A stretch of 64,000 bases of DNA, counting the filler, from Pirum gemmata (lineage: Eukaryota), in NCBI GenBank assembly GCA_002812295.1. It is 22 parts of 22 records of this genome, joined end to end, with 100 filler letters (N's around TTAATTAATTAA, not from the genome) between each part and the next. Parts side by side here need not be neighbours in the genome. Positions count along the whole stretch, not along the records: positions 12,756 to 15,242 come from PDIN01006024.1; positions 15,343 to 17,824 come from PDIN01006025.1; positions 17,925 to 20,385 come from PDIN01006026.1; positions 20,486 to 22,965 come from PDIN01006027.1; positions 23,066 to 25,203 come from PDIN01006028.1; positions 25,304 to 27,811 come from PDIN01006029.1; 16 more parts are not named here. The stretch is one strand, 5' to 3'. Of this stretch, positions 13,194-26,437 are shown piece after piece (the first letter of the stretch is position 1; every line of letters begins with the position of its first letter). The position numbers were made by a program, and so were the translations under genes. The notes below the pieces were generated by a model. The model did not search any database. It was given only the letters and a program-made list of their open reading frames with translations, and was not told the DNA's origin.

Positions 13194-13523
13194 AAAATCG
13201 AAGTATTCTTGAAAGTTCTACTTCGTGATAATACTGCATACAATATTAATTAACCATGGCCAATTTATAAACAAACCTTTGTATACATATACAATACACA
13301 CACAGTACATCAAACGATTTATTTCCCTTGTCATTTGGTAATAGTCATACAATAGCAAGGATTATTCTCAACGTTATTATTATATTTCTTATCTTCCCTA
13401 TGTCTACTTTGCTTCTGTCTATAGCATTGCTAGTTTTATAAAAAAATCCATAAAGCTGTTATTCTTATTTTTAAAAAAATGTTAATAATAATAATTAATG
13501 ATATTAATAATAATAATAATATT

Positions 13524-13577
<54 letters not shown>

Positions 13578-13720
13578 TGACATAATAATAATAACATTAA
13601 TAATAATAATAATAATAATAATACTATAACTTTATAATGATAATAGTAATATTAATAATAATAATAATTACATATTATATTATGTAGTATTAATAATAAT
13701 CTACCTATAAAAATATTTAT

Positions 13721-13923
13721 TATCGTATTTTTCAATAGTATTATTGTCCAGTGCAAGAACTGAAATAAACGGAACCAAATTATTATTATGGTTAAACTAT
13801 CAGGCATGTTTTAATCAATTTGGCATTCTATATATAATGTTTTATTTTATAAAAAAGCTCAATTATACACTTAAACAGTACCAAATTAAAGATGGAGAGG
13901 ATAACTATAATGAAATAGACAAT
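13721..13923 (+). mobile_element. MITE family D copy
   Basis: TATCGTATTTTTCAATAG start and ATGAAATAGACAAT end. Confidence 0.75.
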
Positions 13924-14229
13924 TTTTGAATTGTTTTTTAGTATGTGTGCAAAAAATTTAAAAAAGACCGACTTTTTCGTTTCACCAGAAATTTCAGTTT
14001 TCGAATATAAGTAGTGTAATAGGTGTTAAATAGGTTTGAAATTTAGAAAAAAAAAAATGTTTGCTCCATATTCATTCATGGTCATACAAAAATTTAATAC
14101 ATAACAAAAAAAAATTCAAAAAATAATTTTTTTTTTTTTTTTTTTTTTTTTCATATGATAGCATAATAGTGCATAATAATATCATAATTATGTCTAGGTC
14201 TATAATAACAATTTTGAAATAATTAAAAG

Positions 14230-14379
14230 GGAGCAATACTAAGCTACGTAACGCCAACGTCAAATACCGCTTCAAATACCCAAGTAGCACCCCTACTTAC
14301 CCACCACTCGACGTTCATTTCCGGTCAAATACCACCTACCTACCTACCCCTTGACGTGACATATTATTTGAACACTCCC
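14230..14379 (-). mobile_element. MITE family B (PIF/Harbinger-like)
   Basis: GGGAG...CTCCC termini; internal CCTACCTACCCC repeats. Confidence 0.8.
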
Positions 14380-14799
14380 TTATAATAATTATAGTATAAT
14401 AATTATTTATAAAAAAAATCAAAAATGTTTTCCATATTTAGTAGATAAGAGTAGAGTAGAGCAGTGGTAGTCTAGTAGAGGCTGTAGAGCAGACTTTTTT
14501 CTTTTGTAAAAAAAACAAAAACTAAGTAGAGCCAATAGTTAATAGTTTAACCAAAACCAAAAGAAAACCAGCCATAGTCTAAATTATAGTCAGATTTGTA
14601 AGTTAGGCCTAAAAATTATCAGTCTGAACGTCCAGTTGTGTATTTTTCGCCGTTCAAATGTCCACTCGGCTTCGAACACAAAACGAAAACAAAAACAAAA
14701 AAACTATAACTGACAGGCTATAGTAGATTGTAAGATTTTATTTATGATATTTTAAAAATATAAAATTTTTTTTAAAATTAAAATAAAATAATTAATAAA

Positions 14800-15035
14800 A
14801 GCCCACCATAATTATTAGCTCAAAAACTGGCTCAAAAATCCAAAAAATATCAAAATGCTCCAATTTTTTAATTAATGGAAGTATGACACTATGAAATTTT
14901 AAAATAAACCGTTTTTAAAACTAAGAAAACTCTATTTTTTATTTATTTATAAACAAATGACCAATTTTTAAAAATAAGTAGGGTAGTTACAGTTACTGTT
15001 GTCTAAAAAAAATAACAGTTTTATCTGGCTTGCTG
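14800..15035 (-). mobile_element. MITE family E, degenerate copy
   Basis: CTCAAAAATCCAAAAAATATCAAAATGCTCC and TTTTATCTGGCTTG match the family E reverse strand. Confidence 0.5.
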
Positions 15036-15507
15036 GTTCTGTTGTTTGGTGTTTAAGTGGTGATGGTGATATTGTTTGGTGTTTGTTGTTTGTTGTTTGT
15101 TGTTTGTTGTGTGTTGTTTGTTGTTTGTTGTTTGTTGTTTGTTGTTTGTTGTTTGTTATTAGTTATTAGTTATTGTTATTGTTATTAGGTATTGTTATTA
15201 TTATTTTTATTGTTATTTCTATTGTTATTATTGGTATTGTTANNNNNNNNNNNNNNNNNNNNNNNNNNNNNNNNNNNNNNNNNNNNTTAATTAATTAANN
15301 NNNNNNNNNNNNNNNNNNNNNNNNNNNNNNNNNNNNNNNNNNTAATAATAAACATTTTTGTGCTAGATTTTTTTGTGCAGGAAAAAAAACATGGGCTTTT
15401 GGGCTTTTTCTTATTTTTTTTTACTGAATAATAAAAAAATTTCGAGTGAAAACTAAAATAAACCAAGGTGGCTAGTTTTCTTGAATTTCTTTTTGTAATT
15501 TTATTTT

Positions 15508-15560
<53 letters not shown>

Positions 15561-15968
15561 CCACTGCCCCTGCCTCTGCTCCTGACTTTAATTACTAATC
15601 GTAGCGCTAACATTAACTCTAAAACTCTAACCCTAACCCTTACCTTTACCCTTACCCTTACTGTAACCTTAACTGTAACCCTATAACCGTAACCCCGACC
15701 TTAACTCTAGCCGTAACGTAATTCTAACTCTAACCGTAACCGTAACCATAAGCCTATATAACCCCTAAACTTTACCTGAACCGCAACCTTGACCTGAACC
15801 CTACATACAACCTTAAACTCTCAGCACTAACCCTAACCGCACCCGCAAAAGTAACCCTGACCGCAACCGCAAAAGTAACCCTAACCGCAACCGCAAAAGT
15901 AACCCTAGCCGCAACCGCAACAGTAACCCAAACCGTAATAGCAAGAGCATTAAATTAACCTTAGAACC

Positions 15969-17089
15969 TTAACTCCCTATGTATACACCGAAAGAAGTGT
16001 ACATGTCATTCTTACAATCAAAATCAACGTCGATTGCATTAGAACCAAAACAACCAGGGGTTACATCGTCTGAATTCCCAGCTTTGTTATGTTTTCGACC
16101 GACAGATTTTGGAATATTATGGGGCGAATTTTCCACGGATTGTAAAGAATTTTGTAATTCCGATTGTTGTTTCTTTTGGGCTTGTTGTTGTTGTTGTTGT
16201 TGTTCTCGAAAAATTTGTTCTTGCAATTGAGTTTGTCTTGCCTGTCTTTGTTCTTCACTATACTCGACCGAACTGGAGACAATACATCCTTTTTCATTTA
16301 CATTATAATATCCATCACGACTAATTCCAACACCCAATTTACGTAACTTTGAATTATTTCGTTCGGATTGAGTTTTGATCACAACATCATTATTATGATC
16401 CTCAACCACTGAAATACCCATTTTCTTTAATTTTTCCACATTGCACTTAGAACTTTCTTTCGCACCATTACCATTACTATTATTATAAGTCTTATAACTA
16501 TTACCATTATGACTACTATTACCAGCACTGTTACTGTAGTCATCATGTTTATCAATGTCATTTCTATTATGTGTATAAACTGGAAAACATGACACAGGGT
16601 TGGGGTGTGGGTTGGGGTTGGGGTTGAAGTTCGCGTTATCAAATAAATTGCATTCTGAAAGAACCAATTCCACGACATCATCCACTGATGCACTATTAAC
16701 TAAGTTCCGAACACTAGCAGCGTCGTTATTATCGTTACTAACTAAAAGCTTGGAATGATGTTTTTGCCCCTTTTTCGAATCCGAATTCGATAAAACAACC
16801 GGTTTTTTTACTCCTTGATTAATATTGGCATCCTTCAAGTTGTTAACATTGAAATCGACACCCATCACTTTTCTTAGTTTTGGAATATTTTTCCGGCGTT
16901 GTACTGAAATTTGAAGTCCCATTTTTTCAAGCTTTTGGATATTACTCTCACTCATTTTCCTTCCTTTTGTACAACCATTGTCATAGTTTTGACTATCATT
17001 ATCTAAATGACCAATAATAACAGGTGAATTAACCGCAACTCCATTATTATTAGTATTAGAAAATTTTTGAATATCATCACCATCATCAG

Positions 17090-17128
<39 letters not shown>

Positions 17129-17509
17129 CATTATTGATATCTTCAAGGTTTTGCGTTTGTGTTTGGGGTTGCTTTTGTGATGAGCGAAAACCCTTTTTCT
17201 TCCAACAAAGCTTACTATTGACATCGGGGTAATGCAATAAAGTAGGAAGAGATTTAGATTTGACTAAGGTAGAAGTTTGGGCGAGCAAGGGGGATGGGGA
17301 TCGACTTACTACCGCAGAGGTAACAGTAGCTCTGCGGTGTAAATAGGTAAAGCTTTCTTGGAGTAATGGAGAAGTTAAACCATCTAGAATATCTAAATAT
17401 TCAGAAAAGTTAATATCATCAACATTGTTTTCAATGTTATTTTTGCCTGTAGTTTTGTAATCTTTGGGTGGATATTGCAATTGTGACAGTGATTTTTGTT
17501 GACGTAGCT
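15969..17509 (-). CDS. Large, probably terminal exon of an N/Q-rich disordered protein
   Basis: Acceptor TTTACAG before 17509; open frame of more than 500 codons (LRQQKSLSQLQYPPKDY...); microsatellite intron upstream. Confidence 0.8.
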
Positions 17510-17557
17510 CTGTAAATATAATAGTGTTATTATTAGTATATCGGTAATAACAATAAC

Positions 17558-17596
<39 letters not shown>

Positions 17597-17924
17597 TAAT
17601 AATAATAATAATAATAATGTTAGGGTTAGGGTTAACATTATCATTTTCGTTATCATTATCGTTATCAGTGTCGTTATCATTATCATTATCATTATCATTA
17701 TCATTATCATTATCGCTATCATTAGCATTATCATTATCATTGTTATAACCATTATCATTACTATAATCATTATCATTACTATAAACATTATCATTATTAT
17801 CATTATCATTATCATTATTATTATNNNNNNNNNNNNNNNNNNNNNNNNNNNNNNNNNNNNNNNNNNNNTTAATTAATTAANNNNNNNNNNNNNNNNNNNN
17901 NNNNNNNNNNNNNNNNNNNNNNNN

Positions 17925-20385
17925 TTTCTGCTGTCAAAAAAAGCCAAAATTCAGCTTCGTTTGAAAAATATTTTTTTTCGTATTTTTCGGGTTTATTAAT
18001 AAATAAATATATTTGAATACTTAATTGCAATCTTGAACATTTCGAACTTATTAATTAATATATAGACTCGAAATCTCGATTTTTAAGCAGAGCAGAATTG
18101 GGAGAAGCCTATGTTCTCATTGCTCTTCATCGGCGAATCATCGCTTCCTCAACACCAAATACAGTACCTAGGCACAATTTTACTATTTATGGAAAACAGC
18201 AACCATAATTCTTGCTTTGCTTCAAAATCGAATTTTCGAGCCTATGCATTAATAAATGAGTTCGAATTTTTTAAGTTAAAAGTTAAGTATTCGAGTATAT
18301 TTATTTTATAAACCCGAAAAAAAGGAAAAAATAATTTTCGAACATGAATTTTGGCTTTTTTTTTTTTTTTGACAGCAGATATTCGAGTTTTCGGGATCGA
18401 GCAGAATTGGGAGAGGCTATAATCACTATATATGGAAAACAGCAACCTGATCACAATCATTGGATACGCTGTATAAAGTTTGTATTATTACTGCCATTTA
18501 TGGTAGCTTCTCCCAGTAGCTTCTCCCAATTCTGCTTTGCTTAAAACTCGAATTTTCGAGCCTATGTATTAATTAATGAGTTCGAATATTTTTTCGACAG
18601 CAAAAATTCGAGTTTTCGGGCTTGTTCAGAATTGGGAGAGGTTTAATTACGCTTAATAGTCTTAATTACTGGACATTTGAATTTTTCTGCTGAGGTTTTT
18701 CTGCATTATTAGTCATTATTATTATTATTATTATTATAATTATTATTATTATGATAAATAATATGATAAGAGTAATAAATAATACAGTTTGGAAAAAATA
18801 AATCTTTGTATTATAATCAAATTCAGGATTAAATAACATCTACATAAATTTATGATATGATTAATTTTTTAATTTATTATTATTATAAATTATTATTTTT
18901 ATTATTATTTTTATTATTATTATTATTATTATTAATATTTAATATAATATTAATATTATTACAAATTCGTATACTTGTACTATTATTATTAACAAAAACA
19001 GTCACCTGCTCGGTTACAGGCTCTGGTTCGTGTATACAGTAAGGTATACATATGATAGTTACCCGAACAGAATAATAATTAATTATTATATATCTGATAG
19101 GTATTAACTTTTTTGAGAGGTGGGTGAATCTTTTCAACAATAACAATATCAATAACAACAATAACAATAACAATATTATAACAATAACAATATTAATAAC
19201 ATTAACCAATAGACATTAACAATAACAATAACAATAACAATAACAATAACAATAACAAGAACAAGAACAAGAACAAAGAGATATAGTAACTGTTATATTT
19301 CTTCTTGTTTTAATTGATTTTATTGTTTCTGTATAATATAGAGAACTACATACAGTAGCACTAGTACTGTTATATTTCTTCTTGTTTTAAGTATATTGTT
19401 CTGTAATCCTGTCAAATGATTGTCGAGGATATTACGTTTGTGCATGTTTCTGTAGATGTTATTTCATCCTGAATTTGATTATAATACAAATATTTATTTT
19501 TTCCAAACTGTATTATTTATTACTCTATCATATTATTTATTATCATAATAATAATAATTATAATAATAATAATAATAATAATGACTAATAATGCAGAAAA
19601 ATCTCAGCAGAAAAATTCAAAGGTCCAGTAATTAAGCGTAGTTAAGCCTCCCAATTCTGCCCGAGCCCGAAAACTCGAATTTCTGGTGTTGAAAAAAAAG
19701 CCAAAATTCATGTTCGAAAATTATTTTTTCCATTTTTTCGGGTTTATAAAAAAATAAATATACTCGAATACTTAACTTTTAGCTTAAAATATTCGAACTC
19801 ATTTATTAATGCATAGACTCGAACATTCGATTTTTAAGCAAAGAAGCTACCGTAAATGGCAGTAATCAGCTCCGAAAACTCAAATTTCTGCTGTCGAAAA
19901 AAAAGCCAAAATTCATGTTCGAAAATTATTATATCCATTTTTTCGGGTTTATAAAAAAATAAATATACTCGTACTCAAAATATTCGAACTCACTTATTAA
20001 TGCATAGGCTCGAAAATTCGATTTTTAAGCAAAGCAGAATTGGGAGAAACCTATTAATACCGTAAATGGTAGTAATACAGACTTTATACAGTGTATCCAG
20101 ACTAGTGTATCCAGACATCCAGACTTTATACAGTGTATCCAATGAGCATTGATCAGGTTGTTGCTTTCCATATATAGTGATTATATTGTAAGTATATTAA
20201 GTTATAATAACTAAAATATATGATTATATGTATGATATTAAACTCAATATTTTCCTTTTTCGTCAGTTTTCGTTAGACTTTTTAGGCTCTCCCAATTCTG
20301 CTCAAACCCGAAAACTCGAATTTCTGCTGTCAAAAAAAGCCAAAATTCAGCTTCGTTTGAAAAATATTTTTTTTCGTATTTTTCG
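17925..20385. mobile_element. Cluster of about six MITE family F copies or fragments (TIR GGCT(T)CTCCCAATTCTGC, TA-flanked) around an inverted duplication
   Basis: Copies at about 17925-18110, 18205-18419, 18520-18642, 19644-19845, 19870-20052 and 20284-20385; another at 44030-44174. Confidence 0.8.
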
Positions 20386-20600
20386 NNNNNNNNNNNNNNN
20401 NNNNNNNNNNNNNNNNNNNNNNNNNNNNNTTAATTAATTAANNNNNNNNNNNNNNNNNNNNNNNNNNNNNNNNNNNNNNNNNNNNCCCTAACCCTAACCC
20501 TAGCCCTAGCCCTAACCCTCCTAATACTATTATCATATTAAATTTTATAATAATTTATATAATAATATTATATAATAATTAATAATAGACCCCCCACATA

Positions 20601-20779
20601 AGGAATCATCCATAAAGGACGTCACCTAATCTTACCTATGCCTCTTTGACCAAAAAACTTTTGGTCATAACTTTAAAGTTCATTTTAATAATTTAATTAC
20701 TGCCTAAAACAGTTTAAGTCACACTTTGGAGCAATGACTTTTATCAAAGAATAAGTGACGTCCTGTATAAATGTTCTCT
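20601..20779. mobile_element. Harbinger-like MITE, single copy in window
   Basis: Imperfect TIRs AGGAATCATCCATAAAGGACGTCAC / GTGACGTCCTGTATAAATGTTCTCT. Confidence 0.6.
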
Positions 20780-20793
20780 GATATCGATATAAT

Positions 20794-20920
20794 GGGAGCG
20801 TTCAAATAATACGTCACGTCAAGGGGTAGGTAGGCAGGTGGTATTTGACCGGAAATTAATGTCGAGGGGTAGTTAGGTAGGGGTATTTGAAGCTGTATTT
20901 GACCAGAAATTGGCGTTATA
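20794..20920 (+). mobile_element. MITE family B copy
   Basis: Starts GGGAGCGTTCAAATAATACGTCACGTCAAGGGG. Confidence 0.85.
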
Positions 20921-21003
20921 TAAATATCAAATATTTATTTATCTAGCTAGTTAGCTAGAAGATTTAGTTAGAAGTATACTAGCTATTTTAGAAGTATACT
21001 AGC

Positions 21004-21192
21004 TATCGTGCTTTTCATTTATTTTGTCACTCCGAATATTTATTTGGTTGTTTATAATATTTAAATTGATACTTTTAACTAAATAAATATATAATAAAAT
21101 ATACCAAATTAAATTAAATGGGTTTATATTATATTAATTTGGTACTATTTATTGTATATTTTATGATGACAAAACAACTGAAAAGCACGATA
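21004..21192 (+). mobile_element. MITE family C, intact; second copy at about 21256-21444
   Basis: Perfect 14-bp TIR TATCGTGCTTTTCA...TGAAAAGCACGATA. Confidence 0.9.
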
Positions 21193-21795
21193 GCTACTAC
21201 TAGCTAGCTAGCTAGACTAGACTACTACTAGAGAAAGTGCACTCTGACAACCAAAAGCTTTTCATTTATTTTGTCGCTCTGACACTCTGAATAATTATTT
21301 GGAGGGTTATAATCTTTAAATTGATATTTTTAAATTAATATTTAGATAATAAAATATAGCAAATTAAATTAAATGGATTTATATTGTATAAATTTGGTAC
21401 TATTTATTGTATATTTTATGATGACAAAACAATTGAAAAGCACTAGACCCGGTCTAGGTCTATCTATAACTAGACCTAGCTAGTTAATTAAAGCTATGAT
21501 AGACTAGTAGTCAGGACTAGTAGTATTAGTCTAGTATCGTGTATTTCAATCTTTAAATTGGTACTTTTTAAGTGTATAATTGAAATACCAAATTAATTAA
21601 AAAGGCAGTTTTACCAAGATTTACCTGATGCGTTTTTAACTTTGTTGTATGTCTAAAGCGCACCTAGTCTATTTATTTTATTATGATATTGTGTTCTGGT
21701 TTTATAGTTTCACTAACAATGTATTCATTTTTGTATGAATACTAAATATTAATTAAAAACTGGAAATAAATAAAACTTAGTTTTTGTAAAATTTA

Positions 21796-22928
21796 TTAGA
21801 TTAAGAGTCCAAATGCTCTAACAAAACTCAAATTGGTTTTTGGCTGCAAAGAAGATTTGTCAAATAGGTTGATTTTGTTGGGCAAAACCGAAGTACATCC
21901 ACAATCTAATACCACTACCGCATTATCATTTCCATTACAACTTAAACCATACGAGCAAGAAAAACCGGGATCATCATCCAAACAAATACCAGAGTCATCA
22001 ATAGGATTGGATAGTCAGTTACCATCCAACATATACATAAAACCAGAATCAGTAGCTTGAGCATCAGAAGAAATAGGTTGACCAGTAACTTGAACTTGAG
22101 GTTGACCTATGGCTGCTTGAGCTTTACAAATACATTTAACAGGCGTCCTCTTACAATGGCGACAGTTGGGGCAGGATTTGGAAACATTACGAACTGAGTT
22201 GCAAGTCCCACATTTTTTACATTTACAAAATTTGTATGGGTTTTCATACTTTTTGCATTTATTTTTTATTCTGTTTTTACCACCCTTGCCTGGGGTAAAC
22301 AAAGCAACATCACTGCTACTTGAAGCTTGTAATTTTTGCTCACGGTCAAGTACCTTTGGAACAGCTATAAATGAAATATAATCAATGTTAAAAATAAGTT
22401 CAACTGTGCTACCATAACTTGATGGTAAAGCATGTGTAAGAGCAACAAGTTTTTCTTCATCATCAATACTCTTTGTATGGTCTGTAAGCGTTGCATACAA
22501 AGAGCATAAATCATTAATAGCATTAACAAGAGCAGTAATATTTTCGTACTCTGTTAGACGGATCATCATGAGTTTACTGCGAACAGAAAAACGATTAGTT
22601 TTGGTCTTCCGTTCATTATTATTGTTCGCAGCATAGGTCATAGTGTTCGTTGACATGCATAGCTTAAAAAGTGCCATAGCAGTTTGTTTAATAAACTCCT
22701 TAGAAACAGTAATGGCTGAATCATCAAAACCATCCAAAGCTACGGTAGGGAAAACACCAGTTCATTTTATACAGAAAATTAAACATGCAGCTAAAAATTG
22801 TATTTTCCAACTGCGAAAACTGTTATGATCGCCATTGAAAATGATGGGAGTAAACTTTGACACCGACTCTACACTAATCGAAGGATGACTAGTAGTAGAG
22901 TTACTAGAAATAGTTTTGTGTCACTCAT
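21796..22928 (-). mobile_element. Degenerate Ty1/Copia gag-protease remnant
   Basis: N-terminal FNGDHNSFRSWKIQF gag motif; gag core IDDEEKLVALTHALPSSY; Cys-rich region; protease-like VVLDCGCTS. One frameshift near the ATG, two in-frame TGAs, truncated before integrase. Confidence 0.85.
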
Positions 22929-23065
22929 ACTTGTCGAAGAAAAAAAAAAAAAAAAAAATTAAAAANNNNNNNNNNNNNNNNNNNNNNNNNNNNNNNNNNN
23001 NNNNNNNNNTTAATTAATTAANNNNNNNNNNNNNNNNNNNNNNNNNNNNNNNNNNNNNNNNNNNN

Positions 23066-23615
23066 TATGGTTATGGTTATGGTTATGATTATGATTATGA
23101 TTATGATCATGATCATGATTACGTTTATTGTTATGATTATGGTTATGGTTATGGTCATGGTTACAGTTACAGTTATGATTATGGTTATTGTTATGATTAT
23201 GGCTATATTTATGATTATGGTTATAGTTATAGTTCTGCTTATGACTATGGTTATGGATATGATTACGATTATACGCTTATGATTATAGTTATAGTTATGA
23301 TTATGGTTATGGCTAAGACTATGGTTATGACTAAGACTATGGTTATGGTCATGGTTATGGTCATGACGATGGCGATGGTGATGATTATGGTTGTTAGGAC
23401 TATGTTGATGAATATGAATATTGAAATAGTTATGGTTATAATTATAATTATGATTATGATTATGGTTATGGTTATGGTTATGGTTATGGTTATGGTTATG
23501 GTTATCAGAAGATTCTACGACAGAGATCATTTTTAAAAAGCCGGCGACAATTTCTTGGTAGGTTATATGATTTCCAACACAACCTATAAAACAAAAATCG
23601 TAGTAAAAATTAGTA

Positions 23616-23652
<37 letters not shown>

Positions 23653-24615
23653 TAATAATAATAATAATAAAACAGTAACAATCAGTTATAACTGAATAAA
23701 GAAATAAATAAAACAGAAAAATAACAAAAACAATAATAGAAACAATAACAACAGCAATAAATAAATAAGAATAAATAAGGACAATATATTATCAAATAAC
23801 AAAATAATATGGTAAAACAATAAAATAATATAGTAAAATAACAAAAAAATAATATGGTTATGGTTATGGTTATGGTTATGGTTATGGTTATGGTTATGGT
23901 TATGGTTATGGTTATGGTTATGGTTATGGTTATGGTTATGATTATGATTATGATTATGATCATGATCATGATTACGTTTATTGTTATGATTATGGTTATG
24001 GTTATGGTCATGGTTACAGTTACAGTTATGATTATGGTTATTGTTATGATTATGGCTATATTTATGATTATGGTTATAGTTATAGTTCTGCTTATGACTA
24101 TGGTTATGGATATGATTACGATTATACGCTTATGATTATAGTTATAGTTATGATTATGGTTATGGCTAAGACTATGGTTATGACTAAGACTATGGTTATG
24201 GTCATGGTTATGGTCATGACGATGGCGATGGTGATGATTATGGTTGTTAGGACTATGTTGATGAATATGAATATTGAAATAGTTATGGTTATAATTATAA
24301 TTATGATTATGATTATGGTTATGGTTATGGTTATGGTTATGGTTATGGTTATGGTTATGGTTATGGTTATGGTTATGATTATGGTTATGGTTATGGTTAC
24401 AGTAGTTATAGTTATAGTTATTGTTATAGTTATGGTTGTGGTTATGGTTATGGTTTTTATTTTGTTTATTTTTAAAATTGAAATTAAAAACAATACGTGG
24501 TATAACAGAAGATTCTACGACAGAGATCATTTTTAAAAAGCCGGCGACAATTTCTTGGTAGGTTATATGATTTCCAACACAACCTATAAAACAAAAATCG
24601 TAGTAAAAATTAGTA

Positions 24616-24652
<37 letters not shown>

Positions 24653-25203
24653 TAATAATAATAATAATAAAACAGTAACAATCAGTTATAACTGAATAAA
24701 GAAATAAATAAAACAGAAAAATAACAAAAACAATAATAGAAACAATAACAACAGCAATAAATAAATAAGAATAAATAAGGACAATATATTATCAAATAAC
24801 AAAATAATATGGTAAAACAATAAAATAATATAGTAAAATAACAAAAAAATAATATGGTTATGGTTATGGTTATGGTTATGGTTATGGTTATGGTTATGGT
24901 TATGGTTATGGTTATTGTTATGATTATGGCTATATTTATGATTATGGTTATAGTTATAGTTCTGCTTATGACTATGGTTATGGATATGATTACGATTATA
25001 CGCTTATGATTATAGTTATAGTTATGATTATGGTTATGGCTAAGACTATGGTTATGACTAAGACTATGGTTATGGTCATGGTTATGGTCATGACGATGGC
25101 GATGGTGATGATTATGGTTGTTAGGACTATGTTGATGAATATGAATATTGAAATAGTTATGGTTATAATTATAATTATGATTATGATTATGGTTATGGTT
25201 ATG
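23066..25203. repeat. Tandem duplication with 1000-bp period, built on (ATGGTT)n microsatellite
   Basis: Identical landmarks at 23583/24583 and 23854/24854. Confidence 0.9.
24497..24583 (-). CDS. 87-nt internal exon, possibly the cytochrome P450 heme-ligand region
   Basis: TTTTATAG| and |GTATTG boundaries, phase 1-1; encodes xCVGNHITYQEIVAGFLKMISVVESSVIP, with the C-x-G-x6-E spacing of P450s. Confidence 0.35.
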
Positions 25204-26437
25204 NNNNNNNNNNNNNNNNNNNNNNNNNNNNNNNNNNNNNNNNNNNNTTAATTAATTAANNNNNNNNNNNNNNNNNNNNNNNNNNNNNNNNNNNNNNNNN
25301 NNNGTTTTTTTTTTATTTTTTTATTTTTTTTATAATTTTTAGAAAGGTCTATTTACAAAATAAAAATTTTATACTGTGTTTAGAATACTGTGTAGACTAT
25401 GTAGACTATCATAATAATATTATAATAATATGTATAAAAAAAGTCACGATAGCCAAATTATTTTAAAAAAAAACTGGCTATTGGGTCATAATAGAGTTTT
25501 ATTAGTTGACCATTTCTCAAATTTTGGTAATAGTACCTTAGGATACCTCACTACTAGTAGGTAATAATACGAGGGTAATAAATTATAATAATAGTATTTT
25601 AAAAGTCTTATTTTTTTTTTAAAAAATTTTAAAATTTTTAAAATAAAATAAATAAATTGGAGCATTATATTATTTTTATTATTTATTTACCTGAATATAT
25701 CATAGAAATCAATATTTAGTGTAAATCTTCAGAATATGCCATACCTGAATCTTTAGTTAGAATAGAATAACATAGTAATAACATTGTCTGCCTGTTGTCT
25801 GAACTCTGCAGCTGGGACTCTGCAGAATCAGTGCAGAATCACTGCAGATCCCTACACAGATTCACTGTCAGATTGTCACAGAACTGGATCTGATCGGACG
25901 GCAAAAAAAGGTTTATTGATTTGATTGTCCAAGTTAGATTTTCAAATAAGGATATAGCTCGATTGTTGTTGGAGCTGCCGGAGTGCAGCAGCCGAGTGCT
26001 GGACCGCTGGTGCCTGAGAGAGCACTACAGTCTAACGCCTTAGTAGTCTAGCCGGACCTGAGCCTAAGGTGGTGCCTACTACCTAGCTAGGTCTACTATC
26101 GATAATAGATCTTTCCAAATGGATCACATAAAATTGTCTGTATCATAGTCTCATATAATAAAAAATTTCTGGTTTGTTTCTATTTTAAAAAAAAAATACA
26201 TTTTTATTGGTCTATATAGACTCTGTAGACTTCAATTGGTTTGATTTTAAAAAAAACAGTGACTCGAATAAAAAACAGAAAAAAAAGCATAATGAATGAC
26301 ATAACTGGTTTATATGATTTATGTATTATTATGGTAATATTATACATATTTTACTATTCTGTAGCTTCAGTAAAGGAGTTGAGAGGTAACATAATTGAAC
26401 ACTCCCCTAATGCATAATATATCCTAAGTACCCCGGT

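Noticed and set aside
19002..19043. 42-nt AG/GT-bounded micro-exon (SPARLQALVRVYSK) in the inverted-repeat spacer
   Set aside because: Too short, with no recognisable homology or partner exons.
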